64,000 nucleotides of DNA from an uncultured SAR86 cluster bacterium. GTDB lineage: Bacteria > Pseudomonadota > Gammaproteobacteria > Magnimaribacterales > TMED112. This document shows, in pieces, positions 20,069 to 29,826 of this stretch. The notes beneath the pieces were generated by a model that was not told where the DNA came from, ran no database searches, and saw nothing but the letters and a program-made list of their open reading frames with translations. Position numbers and translations under genes: made by a program. Where the stretch lies: the NCBI GenBank assembly GCA_902526535.1, contig CABZLG010000002.1, positions 28,017 to 92,016 on the forward strand. The letters run 5' to 3'. Numbering within the stretch: position 1 is the first letter of the stretch; each line of letters begins with the position of its first letter.

Positions 20069-21697
20069 ATGGCAAGGGAATCAATGAATTATGATGTGGT
20101 TATCGTAGGCGGTGGCCCATCAGGACTATCTGCTGCAGTAAAACTAGCACAGTTATTCAAAGAAAAAAAACAAGATAAAAGTATTTGTGTGCTGGAAAAA
20201 AGTGCAGAGATTGGAGGTCATATACTTTCTGGGAATGTCTTTGAAACAACTGCGCTTGATGAGCTCATTCCTGACTGGAAAGAAAAAAATGCCCCATTAA
20301 ATGTCCCTGTCAAAAAGGATTCTATTAAGTTTCTCCTTAATGATAAATTAAGCATTCCTGTTCCATCATTTCTGATGCCAACAATGAAGAATCATGGTAA
20401 TTACATTATCAGTCTTGCAAATCTCTGCAGATGGCTAGCTACACAAGCTGAATCTCTAGGAGTTGATATTTTTCCGGGATTTCCTGCCTCGGAAATCATT
20501 TTCAAAGATGGAAAAGTTGCAGGAGTTATTACAGGTGATATGGGTAAAGATTCAAAAGGAAATGAAAAAGATTCTTTTCAACCTGGTATGGAAATTTATG
20601 CAAACGAATCTACTATTTTTGCGGAGGGATGTAGAGGAAATCTGGGAAAACAATTGATTAAGAAGTTTGAGCTAGATAAGGGAAAAGATCCACAACACTA
20701 TGGAATAGGCTTTAAAGAAATCTGGGAAGTAGATAATGAACATCATTCAGAGGGTTTAGTAATGCACACTAATGGATGGCCATTACCAGACGACACACCT
20801 GGAGGATCATATATGTATCACGCAGAAAATAAGCAAGTGCTATTAGGTTTAGTGGTTCCATTGGATTATAAAAATCCACATTTAAGTCCTTATGATGAAT
20901 TTCAAAGATGGAAAACACACCCAAGCATCAAGAAATATCTTAAAAAAGGAAAGAGACTTTCATATGGAGCAAGAGCGTTGATAAAAGGTGGTCTGCAAAG
21001 CCTTCCTAGCATGGACTTGCCAGGCGGACATTTAATTGGTTGCAATGCTGGGACTCTAAACTTTTCAAAGATTAAAGGATCACATACAGCTATGAAATCT
21101 GGTATTGAAGCTGCAAAAGTGATTTCTGAAAAGATTGATGGCAAAGATGTAACTCTTGATAATCAGCTTAAAGAGACATGGCTTTATACAGAGCTGTATA
21201 AATCAAGAAACTTTAATCCATTTTTCCATAAATTTGGTGGCTTGATCGGAGCAGCTATGAACGTTTTAGATCAATTGATATTTAGGGGGAAGCTTCCATT
21301 TACATTAAATCATCCAGTTCCAGATCACGATTGTCTTAAAGAAGCTAGAGAGTGTAAGAAAATTGAATATCCTAAATATGATAATGAAATAACATTCGAT
21401 AAATTAAGCTCAGTTTATTTATCAAACACTTATCACGAAGAGGATCAGCCTTGCCATTTAGTTTTAAAAGATCCTGATTTACCAATTATGCATAATCTTG
21501 AGAAATATGATGAGCCAGCACAAAGATATTGTCCCGCAGGGGTTTATGAAGTTATAGAGGAGAATGGAAAAAAAAGATTTCAAATAAATTCTCAAAACTG
21601 CATACACTGTAAAACTTGTGACATAAAAGAGCCTTCACAAAATATAAATTGGATTACACCTGAAGGTGGTGGAGGCCCAAACTACCCAAATATGTAA
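20069..21697 (+). CDS. electron transfer flavoprotein-ubiquinone oxidoreductase
   Basis: 542 aa with the FAD motif VVIVGGGPSGLSAA, C-terminal 4Fe-4S cysteines CIHCKTCDIKEP and GGGPNYPNM. Confidence 0.92.
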   Translation: MARESMNYDVVIVGGGPSGLSAAVKLAQLFKEKKQDKSICVLEKSAEIGGHILSGNVFETTALDELIPDWKEKNAPLNVPVKKDSIKFLLNDKLSIPVPSFLMPTMKNHGNYIISLANLCRWLATQAESLGVDIFPGFPASEIIFKDGKVAGVITGDMGKDSKGNEKDSFQPGMEIYANESTIFAEGCRGNLGKQLIKKFELDKGKDPQHYGIGFKEIWEVDNEHHSEGLVMHTNGWPLPDDTPGGSYMYHAENKQVLLGLVVPLDYKNPHLSPYDEFQRWKTHPSIKKYLKKGKRLSYGARALIKGGLQSLPSMDLPGGHLIGCNAGTLNFSKIKGSHTAMKSGIEAAKVISEKIDGKDVTLDNQLKETWLYTELYKSRNFNPFFHKFGGLIGAAMNVLDQLIFRGKLPFTLNHPVPDHDCLKEARECKKIEYPKYDNEITFDKLSSVYLSNTYHEEDQPCHLVLKDPDLPIMHNLEKYDEPAQRYCPAGVYEVIEENGKKRFQINSQNCIHCKTCDIKEPSQNINWITPEGGGGPNYPNM

Positions 21698-21709
21698 TAA
21701 AATAGTTGA

Positions 21710-23485
21710 ATGAAATTTTGGCAACTCATTCTCGTTCTTTTTATATCTTTCGTAGTAGGATTTTCAACAAACGTTTTATACGAAAACTTTAAACTAAAGG
21801 GGCCTAACGAGGATCAGGCAAAATTTACTCAGTTTCTAGATGAATATTGGGAATATGTCGTTGATCAAAATCCAACATTCGCTTCATTGTTGGGCTATGA
21901 GGCTTACGATGATAAGATTTCTAGCAATTCAATTTCTGAATTTTACAAGAATAGAGACTTTGAAAAATACGTAATAGACGTTCTAGAAAATATTAATCCT
22001 GAAAATCTAACGGAAGCTGATCAGCTAAATTACCGATTACTTCTTCTATCTAATGAAACTGACCTTGAGTCACGTAGTTTTCCAGGTTTTTACATGCGTC
22101 TTAATCAAAGAGGCGGCGTACAAGACTATTATGATTTAGCTAGCAGACTGAAACTTGAAAGCATCCAAGATCACAGAAATTGGTTTGAAAGAGTAAAGTC
22201 TTATTCTCAGAACGTAAAAAATTCACTCGATATAAACAAAGAAGGTCTTGAAAAAGGATACACTCAACCGAAACATATTGTTCAGAAAGTCGCAGAACAA
22301 ATTGATTCAATGACTTCAAAAAAAACTGAAGAAAATCCTTATTTCAAATCTTTTTCAAAACTTGAGGCGATGAATAGTGATGAGGCAAAAGAATTATTGG
22401 TTGAAGCTAAAGAATTTATTGAAGCTGAGCTAATGCCATCATATAAAGAATTATCAACATTCTTAAAAAATACGTATATTCCCAACTCACGCGACTCAAT
22501 AGGTTTAAGTGGAGTGCCTGATGGAAAGGCTTGGTATGAATTTAAAGCGCGATCTTTCACTACTACAAACCTAACACCTGATGAGATTCATGAACTTGGA
22601 TTGAGAGAAATTAAGAGAATTAGAGAAGAAATGGAAGATGTTATAGAAGAAGTTGAGTGGGATGGAGATTTTAGATCTTTTTTAGATTTTTTAAGAACAG
22701 ATCCACAATTTTACTATGAGACTGGTGAAGAGCTTTTAGCTGCTTATAGATCAATGGCTAAAAAGATAGATGCATACATGCCAACTCTTTTTAATAAATT
22801 TCCAAGAGCGCCATATGGAGTAATTGAGATTCCAATGGAAACAGCTCCCTACACTACAACTGCCTACTACAATAGTCCCTCCGCAGGTAGACCAGGGTAT
22901 TTCTATGCAAATTTATATAAGCCAGAAACAAGACCTAAATATGAAATTCCAGTTTTAACTGTTCATGAGGCTGTGCCAGGGCATCATCACCAGCTCTCTC
23001 TTACTCAGGAACTCGAGAATGTTCCTAATTTCAGGAAGTACTCAGGATTTACTGCTTTTATTGAGGGTTGGGGGCTTTACAGTGAGCAATTGGGTGAGAG
23101 TATGGGAATTTATGATGATCCATATGATAAGTTTGGACAACTTACCTATGATATGTGGAGAGCAATTAGGCTCGTTGTAGATACAGGCATGCATTACAAA
23201 GATTGGTCGAGAGACGATGCAATAAATTTATTTTTAGAAAATACTGCAAAAACACAGTTAGATATTGAAAATGAAGTTGATAGATATATTGCATGGCCAG
23301 GCCAAGCTCTAGCTTATAAAATTGGTCAACTCAAAATCATGGAACTAAGAGATAATGCAAAAGAAAGTTTAGGAGAAGATTTTGATATTAAAACTTTTCA
23401 TGATCATATTTTGAGTTTTGGTTCAATTCCTTTGAATGTGCTTGAAGAAAAGGTAGATGACTTTATTATCGATAATTCAAAATGA
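21710..23485 (+). CDS. DUF885 family protein (putative metallo-hydrolase), membrane-anchored or secreted
   Basis: 591 aa with an N-terminal hydrophobic segment and VHEAVPGHHHQ, a motif typical of DUF885. Confidence 0.75.
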   Translation: MKFWQLILVLFISFVVGFSTNVLYENFKLKGPNEDQAKFTQFLDEYWEYVVDQNPTFASLLGYEAYDDKISSNSISEFYKNRDFEKYVIDVLENINPENLTEADQLNYRLLLLSNETDLESRSFPGFYMRLNQRGGVQDYYDLASRLKLESIQDHRNWFERVKSYSQNVKNSLDINKEGLEKGYTQPKHIVQKVAEQIDSMTSKKTEENPYFKSFSKLEAMNSDEAKELLVEAKEFIEAELMPSYKELSTFLKNTYIPNSRDSIGLSGVPDGKAWYEFKARSFTTTNLTPDEIHELGLREIKRIREEMEDVIEEVEWDGDFRSFLDFLRTDPQFYYETGEELLAAYRSMAKKIDAYMPTLFNKFPRAPYGVIEIPMETAPYTTTAYYNSPSAGRPGYFYANLYKPETRPKYEIPVLTVHEAVPGHHHQLSLTQELENVPNFRKYSGFTAFIEGWGLYSEQLGESMGIYDDPYDKFGQLTYDMWRAIRLVVDTGMHYKDWSRDDAINLFLENTAKTQLDIENEVDRYIAWPGQALAYKIGQLKIMELRDNAKESLGEDFDIKTFHDHILSFGSIPLNVLEEKVDDFIIDNSK

Positions 23486-24258
23486 AGTTTTTAAATTTTA
23501 AAAAAATTGTTCTTACTTTAATAATTTTTACATCTTTTTCAGCACATGCTTATTGGGATAAAGGACATTCAGCAATATGCCAACTAGCCATTGATAATTT
23601 AAGTGAAGAAAGTAAAAAAGAGGTAAATAAAATTATTGGCAACGATAAAAAATGGTGTGTTTGGGCAGATACAATTAAAAGAGAAAGACCTCAGACACGC
23701 CCTTGGCATTATGTAAATCTTCCAGAAGGAGTTTCAGAGTATTCACATGATCACTGCCCAGCAAAGGGCTGTATAGTCAGCGCATTACTTCAACAAATAG
23801 AAATTTTTAAAAATAAAGACACTTCAAAAAGAAAACGTAAGGAAGCATTAAAATTTATAGGCCACTTTATTGGCGATGTTCACAACCCTCTCCACATTGG
23901 GTATATGAGCGATCTTGGTGGGAACAGGCTTGAGGTAGAAATATGGAATGGTGATAAAACAAATATGCACCGACTTTGGGATGGTTTAATTCCAAACTAT
24001 GCTTTAACAAAACCATTAATGTTTTTAGATGTTGAAAAAGCCTCTCCTATGGAAATAGAAATGACGCACGAGGAGAGAGTAATATATTGGATTAACGAAA
24101 ATAGAGAAATCTTACTGTCAGACGCGGTAGGCTATGTATCAAGACAGTCCTACGCAGATCAAACATATTTTCAGAAAAACGTACCCATAGCCTATTATAG
24201 AATGTCCTTTGCAGGATCTAGGCTTGCCTATCTCATTGAAGAGCTTTTAGGAAATTAA
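23482..24258 (+). CDS. S1/P1-type zinc nuclease, secreted
   Basis: 258 aa with a signal peptide followed by YWDKGH. Zn-ligand motifs HFIGDVHNPLH and NMHRLWD are present. It has an ATGA overlap with the DUF885 gene. Confidence 0.8.
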   Translation: MKFLNFKKIVLTLIIFTSFSAHAYWDKGHSAICQLAIDNLSEESKKEVNKIIGNDKKWCVWADTIKRERPQTRPWHYVNLPEGVSEYSHDHCPAKGCIVSALLQQIEIFKNKDTSKRKRKEALKFIGHFIGDVHNPLHIGYMSDLGGNRLEVEIWNGDKTNMHRLWDGLIPNYALTKPLMFLDVEKASPMEIEMTHEERVIYWINENREILLSDAVGYVSRQSYADQTYFQKNVPIAYYRMSFAGSRLAYLIEELLGN

Positions 24259-24761
24259 TTTAAGTAAAAATAATTATTGTCAGACTCTAAGTAAAGTCTA
24301 TTTCCATCCTGATTTGCATCTGATATTAGCTTATAGAAAACATTTCGGCTAAGCAGTCCCCACACATTATCTTTCAGTTTAATTTTAGGATAGGGCTGAT
24401 TATCGACCATAGGAACGGATAAAGGATTATTTTTTGTTAACTTAATCCATTCATCTGTATTGGTTTTAAACATAATAAAATTTTCTTCAAACTTATAATC
24501 AGTAATAAGAAAAATCTCTTTTTTTACTTTAACTAAAATTTTTTCTGTAGGCGTTACTACAAAATATTCGCCCTTTTCATATTTGATCAGCTTTGAAAAC
24601 AATTGAACCATCTTAATTCTTTCGATTTTTGAGCCGTTATAAAACCACTCAGCATCTGAATTAATTTCAAACTCAACACCGTCACAAAGTTTGGGATTCC
24701 ATTTTTCAACTGGATAGTCCTCTAGTGAGAGAATATTTTCCTCTAATTTACTTAAGTCCAT
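24255..24761 (-). CDS. DUF1285 family protein
   Basis: 168 aa. The pattern EWFYNGSKIERIKMVQLFSKLI...YFVVTPTEKILVKV matches my memory of DUF1285. Confidence 0.65.
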   Translation of the reverse strand: MDLSKLEENILSLEDYPVEKWNPKLCDGVEFEINSDAEWFYNGSKIERIKMVQLFSKLIKYEKGEYFVVTPTEKILVKVKKEIFLITDYKFEENFIMFKTNTDEWIKLTKNNPLSVPMVDNQPYPKIKLKDNVWGLLSRNVFYKLISDANQDGNRLYLESDNNYFYLN

Positions 24762-25375
24762 ACATATATAATTAGTCCAATTCCAACAAATATAAGTCCA
24801 ACTGAAGAAATTATTACAATCTTTTTTTGAACGCTTTTGGTAAGTATGCTTCTACTTCCGAGTTTAAGAAAATAGCTTAAAACCATAAACCAAAGGGATG
24901 TAGCAATAAAAAAATATAGAGAAATGAAGATTTGAAAATTTAGAGAAGTTTTTTCTGCAATGCCGCCAAATAGTGATATGAAAAAAATAAAGGCTTTTAC
25001 ATTTAAAACATTAACTAATAGGCCCTCTCTAAATCCTTTAAATAAATCTTCCTCTTCTTTTCTTGGAATAGAATTTTCCAATTCTTCGATTTCGTTATTT
25101 CTTAATCCTGAAATTCCCAAATAAAGTAAATAAATTCCTCCTAGACTTCCAATAAATACATAAAGATTAGGGATAATTTGATAAAGAATTCTAAAAGCGT
25201 AAACACTAAACATTGAATGAAGAAATACTCCAAAACCAATTGCAAGAGCTGCTGTAAGTACATATGACAATCTTTTTTGTAAAGAGGTTTTAACAATATA
25301 AAAAAAGTCAGGTCCAGGAGATATGACAGCCAGAAAATGAGCAAAAGCTAATGAAAAAAATATAGAAGAACTCAT
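24752..25375 (-). CDS. LysE/RhtB family amino-acid exporter
   Basis: 207 aa with six hydrophobic segments and the N-terminal SPGPDFFYI motif. Confidence 0.8.
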   Translation of the reverse strand: MSSSIFFSLAFAHFLAVISPGPDFFYIVKTSLQKRLSYVLTAALAIGFGVFLHSMFSVYAFRILYQIIPNLYVFIGSLGGIYLLYLGISGLRNNEIEELENSIPRKEEEDLFKGFREGLLVNVLNVKAFIFFISLFGGIAEKTSLNFQIFISLYFFIATSLWFMVLSYFLKLGSRSILTKSVQKKIVIISSVGLIFVGIGLIIYVWT

Positions 25376-26364
25376 AGGTATATCGGCTCAGTTTCCAGCT
25401 TAATTCCATAAGTCGCCTCAATGACATCAATAACCCTATTCTCCAGTTGTTTTACCTCTCTTGAAGTTGTAATTCCAAAATTTACAAACACTAATGAATG
25501 TTTTGATGAAATTCCTAAATTATTTAGCCTCATACCTTTTAGATCTGACTTATCAATCATTTCAGCAGCGGAGAGTTTTATTTGACCTCCCTCTCTTTTG
25601 AATGTCTTCAATTTCTCTAATTTCTTATTATTCTGAAAAAATTTTTCTGACACTAATGGATTTTTAAAAAAACTTCCAACATTTGGGTAATCTGATGTAT
25701 TAGGTATTTTAGATTCTCTTAATTCAACAATTTTATTAGCCCAATTCTTTGCATATTCAATATCATTAAAATCTTCTTTAACAGAAAATATTCCTGGAGA
25801 GAAGTAACTAGAATTTGGAGAAAATTTCTGATTAAGAGTCAGGGTAACTTCATTTATAATTAAATCCCTACTTAATTGAAATTTGCTTTTTCTATAACTA
25901 AATTTACAATCTTTATTTAGAAAATTTACCACTTTGTTTTTTTTAATATCAAAACACTCTAAATTTTTTACAAATTCTGAAATTTCTGAACCGTATGCAC
26001 CAATATTTTGAATTGGTGCAGCACCAACTGATCCAGGAATGCCTGCGAGATTTTCTAGGCCAAAACATCCATTTTTAATTGTTTTATAAACTGCCTCATT
26101 CCAATTAACACCTGCTCCAATTTTTACAGTATCTTTTTCTACTTTAAATTTTTTATTTTTCGATTTTGCAACAACACCCTTGAAGTTTCTTGGAAAAATT
26201 GTGTTGGTCCCCTCTCCTATAGGGCATATTCTTAAGTTGTTTTTTCTACAGTAACCATTTAATTCTATTAATTCATCTAGATTTTCATATTCAAAAAAAT
26301 ATTCTGCTTCTGAACTTAATCTAAGTGAATTGTAATGTTTGAGATTTTTTTTAATTAGATTCAA
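25372..26364 (-). CDS. murB: UDP-N-acetylenolpyruvoylglucosamine reductase
   Basis: 330 aa with PIGEGTNTIF, GIPGSVGAAPIQNIGAYG and SAAEMIDKSDLKGMRL. Confidence 0.88.
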   Translation of the reverse strand: MNLIKKNLKHYNSLRLSSEAEYFFEYENLDELIELNGYCRKNNLRICPIGEGTNTIFPRNFKGVVAKSKNKKFKVEKDTVKIGAGVNWNEAVYKTIKNGCFGLENLAGIPGSVGAAPIQNIGAYGSEISEFVKNLECFDIKKNKVVNFLNKDCKFSYRKSKFQLSRDLIINEVTLTLNQKFSPNSSYFSPGIFSVKEDFNDIEYAKNWANKIVELRESKIPNTSDYPNVGSFFKNPLVSEKFFQNNKKLEKLKTFKREGGQIKLSAAEMIDKSDLKGMRLNNLGISSKHSLVFVNFGITTSREVKQLENRVIDVIEATYGIKLETEPIYL

Positions 26365-27094
26365 TTTCAGTGATGTGGTTTCTAAATTTTTCTAGATCCT
26401 CAGGTGTATCTATTCCCCAAGCTTCAAAACTCTTTACCTCAAGAACATGGATATCATACCCATTTTCTAATGCTCTTAATTGTTCTAGTTTTTCTATCTT
26501 TTCAAGTTTTGAATTAGGTAATGAAGAAAATTTTTTTAAAAATGATACTTTATAGCCATATACTCCAATGTGATGAAACATCTCAGTTTCCTCCTCTGCT
26601 GAAAAAGGAATTTTTGCTCTAGAGAAATATAATGCTTTTCCATTATTATCAAAAACTACTTTTACTCTATTTTCATCATCAATGTCATCGTCTTGGTTAA
26701 ATTTTTTACAAATAGTTGCGTAGGGGTGAAGATTTACTGACATAAATTCTGCGAGATTATTTACCGCATCAACATCGATCAAAGGCTCATCTGCTTGAAG
26801 ATTAATTACTAGTTCATCGTCAGCCATAGATGCACTTTCTACATACTCACAAATTCGATCTGTACCAGAAGAATGCTCTTTATCAGACAGAAATGGCATA
26901 CCACCAATTTCTTTAATATGCTCGTATATTTCTTTTGAATCTGTTGCAACAACTACAGAATTAGCTTTAGTGCTTTTGCTTCTCTCCCATGTTCTCTGAA
27001 TAATTGTTTTTCCGTTAATTTCTTTCAGTAGCTTTCTCTCCAACCTGGTTGAAGCAAGTCTTGCAGGAATTACAATATTAAAGTTTGCGCTCAT
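26351..27094 (-). CDS. kdsB: 3-deoxy-manno-octulosonate cytidylyltransferase
   Basis: 247 aa with IVIPARLASTRLERKLL and NLQADEPLI. It sits downstream of lpxK, as in E. coli. Confidence 0.9.
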   Translation of the reverse strand: MSANFNIVIPARLASTRLERKLLKEINGKTIIQRTWERSKSTKANSVVVATDSKEIYEHIKEIGGMPFLSDKEHSSGTDRICEYVESASMADDELVINLQADEPLIDVDAVNNLAEFMSVNLHPYATICKKFNQDDDIDDENRVKVVFDNNGKALYFSRAKIPFSAEEETEMFHHIGVYGYKVSFLKKFSSLPNSKLEKIEKLEQLRALENGYDIHVLEVKSFEAWGIDTPEDLEKFRNHITEIESN

Positions 27095-29825
27095 TCAGTT
27101 TATCAGTAATCAATTTTGTGATGTTAACATTAAGTTTCACTCTCATTTTTAAAAACCACATATTTTTTTCTATAAGTTTCTTTTCCATTCTTACTGCATC
27201 TTTTTCAGTCATTAAAATAGCTCTTTTGAAGTCAAATTTAATGTCATTTTCAGAGAAGTAGTGATGATCAGGGAAAAATTTATGTTCACAAGAAATACCT
27301 AGATTTGAAACACTATTCAAAAATCTTTCAGGTTTTGCAATTCCTGAAATTAGATTTGCACTTGTCCCAAAAGGATAATCCTCTATTTCAAATTCATCTC
27401 CTGTCTTTATGTTTACCCAACTTGCAGGCTCTAATTCAAAAAAATCAACATTATCCTTATTCCTTCCGCTATATAAAAACAAATCAGTCTTGTTAATTCT
27501 TTCTCTTTTATCTCTCAATGGGCCAGCAGGAATAAACAAGCCATTTCCAAAATCCCTTCTTGAATCTTCAACAATTATTTCAAAATCCCTTCTTAAGCCA
27601 TGATGCTGAAGACCATCATCAGAGATAACTATGTCTGTATTTATATTTCTTTGAGCATATGAGACAGCTCTTGTTCTATCTCTGTCCACTACAACAGGAA
27701 AACCCCTGTTATAGTGAAATATAGCTTCATCCCCTACCTGTTTTGCATCCGAATCATCATTCAGCTCAACTGTTCCATTAAAGTTTCCTTTATAACCCCT
27801 TAGAACAATAGTGGGCTTATATCCAACTGTTCTTAAGTCTTTAGCAATTTGATTAACTAAAGGTGTTTTCCCATTTCCCCCTGCAGATACATTTCCCACA
27901 ACAATAACAGGGACCTCATCTACCGAAGAAATTTGTCTTCGATTAAATAAATCTTTTATAGATATTGAAAACCAATATAAAAAACTAATTGGCAGTAATA
28001 ATATGTTTAATATGCCGACCCTATCCCAAAATCCTAATTTTTCAACATAAATTTCCGGTAATACTTTTTCAATTTTATAATTTTCTTTTTCTAATTTTTC
28101 TGGCCCCTTTCCTTGGAGCTTATTATAAAGCCCGTGTTGTTCCATGAGATCATCATGTTTGCCCATTTGTGTTATTCTTCCATCTTCAATTACACATATC
28201 TTGTCAGCTTTCTCAACACTGCTTAGCCGATGTGCAATAATGAAGGTAGTTTTATTTTTAGATGCCTTTTCAATAGCTGTCTGAATAGCCTTTTCAGATT
28301 CATTATCTAGTGCAGAAGTTGCTTCATCAAAAATTAAAATAGAAGATTTTTTAAGAAGTGCTCTAGCAATTGCAACCCGCTGTTTTTCACCACCAGAGAG
28401 TAAAACACCATCATCGCCAATAATTGTGTCAAAACCATCTGGAAGATTTGTTATAAACTCATAAGCGTTAGCATCCTTCGCTGCTTCATAAATTGCCTTT
28501 TCTGTTACTTCCCTTAATCCATAAGTAATGTTATTTCTAATCGTATCGTTAAAAAGAACAGGATCCTGAGAAACATATGAAATCGCCTCCCTTAAATCTT
28601 TTAAATTTACTTTCCTTATGTCATAACCATCAATCGTAATTTTCCCTTCAAAGGAGTCATAAAATCTATTTAGAAGATTTACGATTGTAGATTTTCCACT
28701 TCCAGATCTTCCTACAAGAGCAATTGTTTCACCTTTTTTTGCAGATATTGATATTTCTTTTAGAACTGGCTCAGAGTGCTCAAGATAAGAAAATGAAACG
28801 TTTTCAATTTCTACGTTTCCTTCAAATGCCTGTTGAAGTTTAATTCCAGATTCATGATCTTCAGGATAGCTATCGATAGTATTGAAAATGTCCTCTGCTG
28901 CAGCTAGTCCTCTCTGTATTACAGCGTTTAAATTTGATAATTGCCTTATTGGTCTAGCCATTAAACCTGCTGCAGTAAAAAAAGCTACAAATGATTCAGA
29001 TGGTAAATTTAGTTCATCTAAGTTTGATAATGCGAGATAACTCATAAGAGCTAATGAGAATGCAACGAAAACTTGAATAAGTGGGGTAGATAAATTCAAT
29101 GTACTTTCCATCTTCAGATTTTGTTTTAAATTCTCATCGTTTGCCTTTTTAAATCTGTCTTTTTCACCATCTTCATTATTAAATGATTTTATTTCCCTTG
29201 CGCCTGTTGCAATTTCATTACTTACTTGAGTTACTAAGCCCATAATTTCTTGAATTTTTCTAGCTACTCTTCTCATTCTTTTTCCTGCAAAACTCACAAC
29301 AACAGCGATTAAGGGCGTTATTACAAGCACGACAACTGTAAGTTTCCAGCTTAAATATAAAAGGTAAATAAATAGGCCAATAAGTAATAATCCCTCTTTA
29401 GCTAAAATTTTTAGAGCATTCGTTGCTGCTCCAGTAATTTGGTTTGTAGTAAATATGATTCTGTTTACAATCTCACCTTTGGAGGCCAGATCAAAAAAAC
29501 TCATAGGTTGATAAATTAAAGAACTGATCAACTCCTCTCTCAGATTATGAACTACTTTTAAACCAACATTAGCCATGAAGAAATTACCCATATAAAAACC
29601 TATTCCTCTAAGTACAGAGACCACTAAAAGAAATAATGCTAGCGAGATTGGACTAAGAAGTTCTGATTGATTTGAATTATTTATGTAACTAATAACTCTT
29701 TTGAGCCATTCAACAGCTGATATATCTGCTGCTGCGAATATAATAAAACCAATAATACTTAGCGAAAATAAACCTTTGTGTTTAAAGGTGTACTTAAGTA
29801 GTCTTGAGTAAATATTTTTAGCCAA
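27078..29825 (-). CDS. msbA-lpxK: fusion protein: lipid A ABC exporter MsbA (aa 1-571) plus tetraacyldisaccharide 4'-kinase LpxK (aa ~597-915)
   Basis: One uninterrupted 915-codon frame. The MsbA part has a TMD plus GRSGSGKST, LSGGEKQRVAIARA and ILIFDEATSALD. The linker is GKGPEKLEKENYKIEKVLPEIYVEK (nt 28038-28112). The LpxK part has ILNILLLPISFLYWF, VVGNVSAGGNGKTP, DDGLQH, FGNGLFIPAGPLRD and MTEKDAV. Confidence 0.88.
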   Translation of the reverse strand: MAKNIYSRLLKYTFKHKGLFSLSIIGFIIFAAADISAVEWLKRVISYINNSNQSELLSPISLALFLLVVSVLRGIGFYMGNFFMANVGLKVVHNLREELISSLIYQPMSFFDLASKGEIVNRIIFTTNQITGAATNALKILAKEGLLLIGLFIYLLYLSWKLTVVVLVITPLIAVVVSFAGKRMRRVARKIQEIMGLVTQVSNEIATGAREIKSFNNEDGEKDRFKKANDENLKQNLKMESTLNLSTPLIQVFVAFSLALMSYLALSNLDELNLPSESFVAFFTAAGLMARPIRQLSNLNAVIQRGLAAAEDIFNTIDSYPEDHESGIKLQQAFEGNVEIENVSFSYLEHSEPVLKEISISAKKGETIALVGRSGSGKSTIVNLLNRFYDSFEGKITIDGYDIRKVNLKDLREAISYVSQDPVLFNDTIRNNITYGLREVTEKAIYEAAKDANAYEFITNLPDGFDTIIGDDGVLLSGGEKQRVAIARALLKKSSILIFDEATSALDNESEKAIQTAIEKASKNKTTFIIAHRLSSVEKADKICVIEDGRITQMGKHDDLMEQHGLYNKLQGKGPEKLEKENYKIEKVLPEIYVEKLGFWDRVGILNILLLPISFLYWFSISIKDLFNRRQISSVDEVPVIVVGNVSAGGNGKTPLVNQIAKDLRTVGYKPTIVLRGYKGNFNGTVELNDDSDAKQVGDEAIFHYNRGFPVVVDRDRTRAVSYAQRNINTDIVISDDGLQHHGLRRDFEIIVEDSRRDFGNGLFIPAGPLRDKRERINKTDLFLYSGRNKDNVDFFELEPASWVNIKTGDEFEIEDYPFGTSANLISGIAKPERFLNSVSNLGISCEHKFFPDHHYFSENDIKFDFKRAILMTEKDAVRMEKKLIEKNMWFLKMRVKLNVNITKLITDKLNERKL

Positions 29826-29826
29826 T

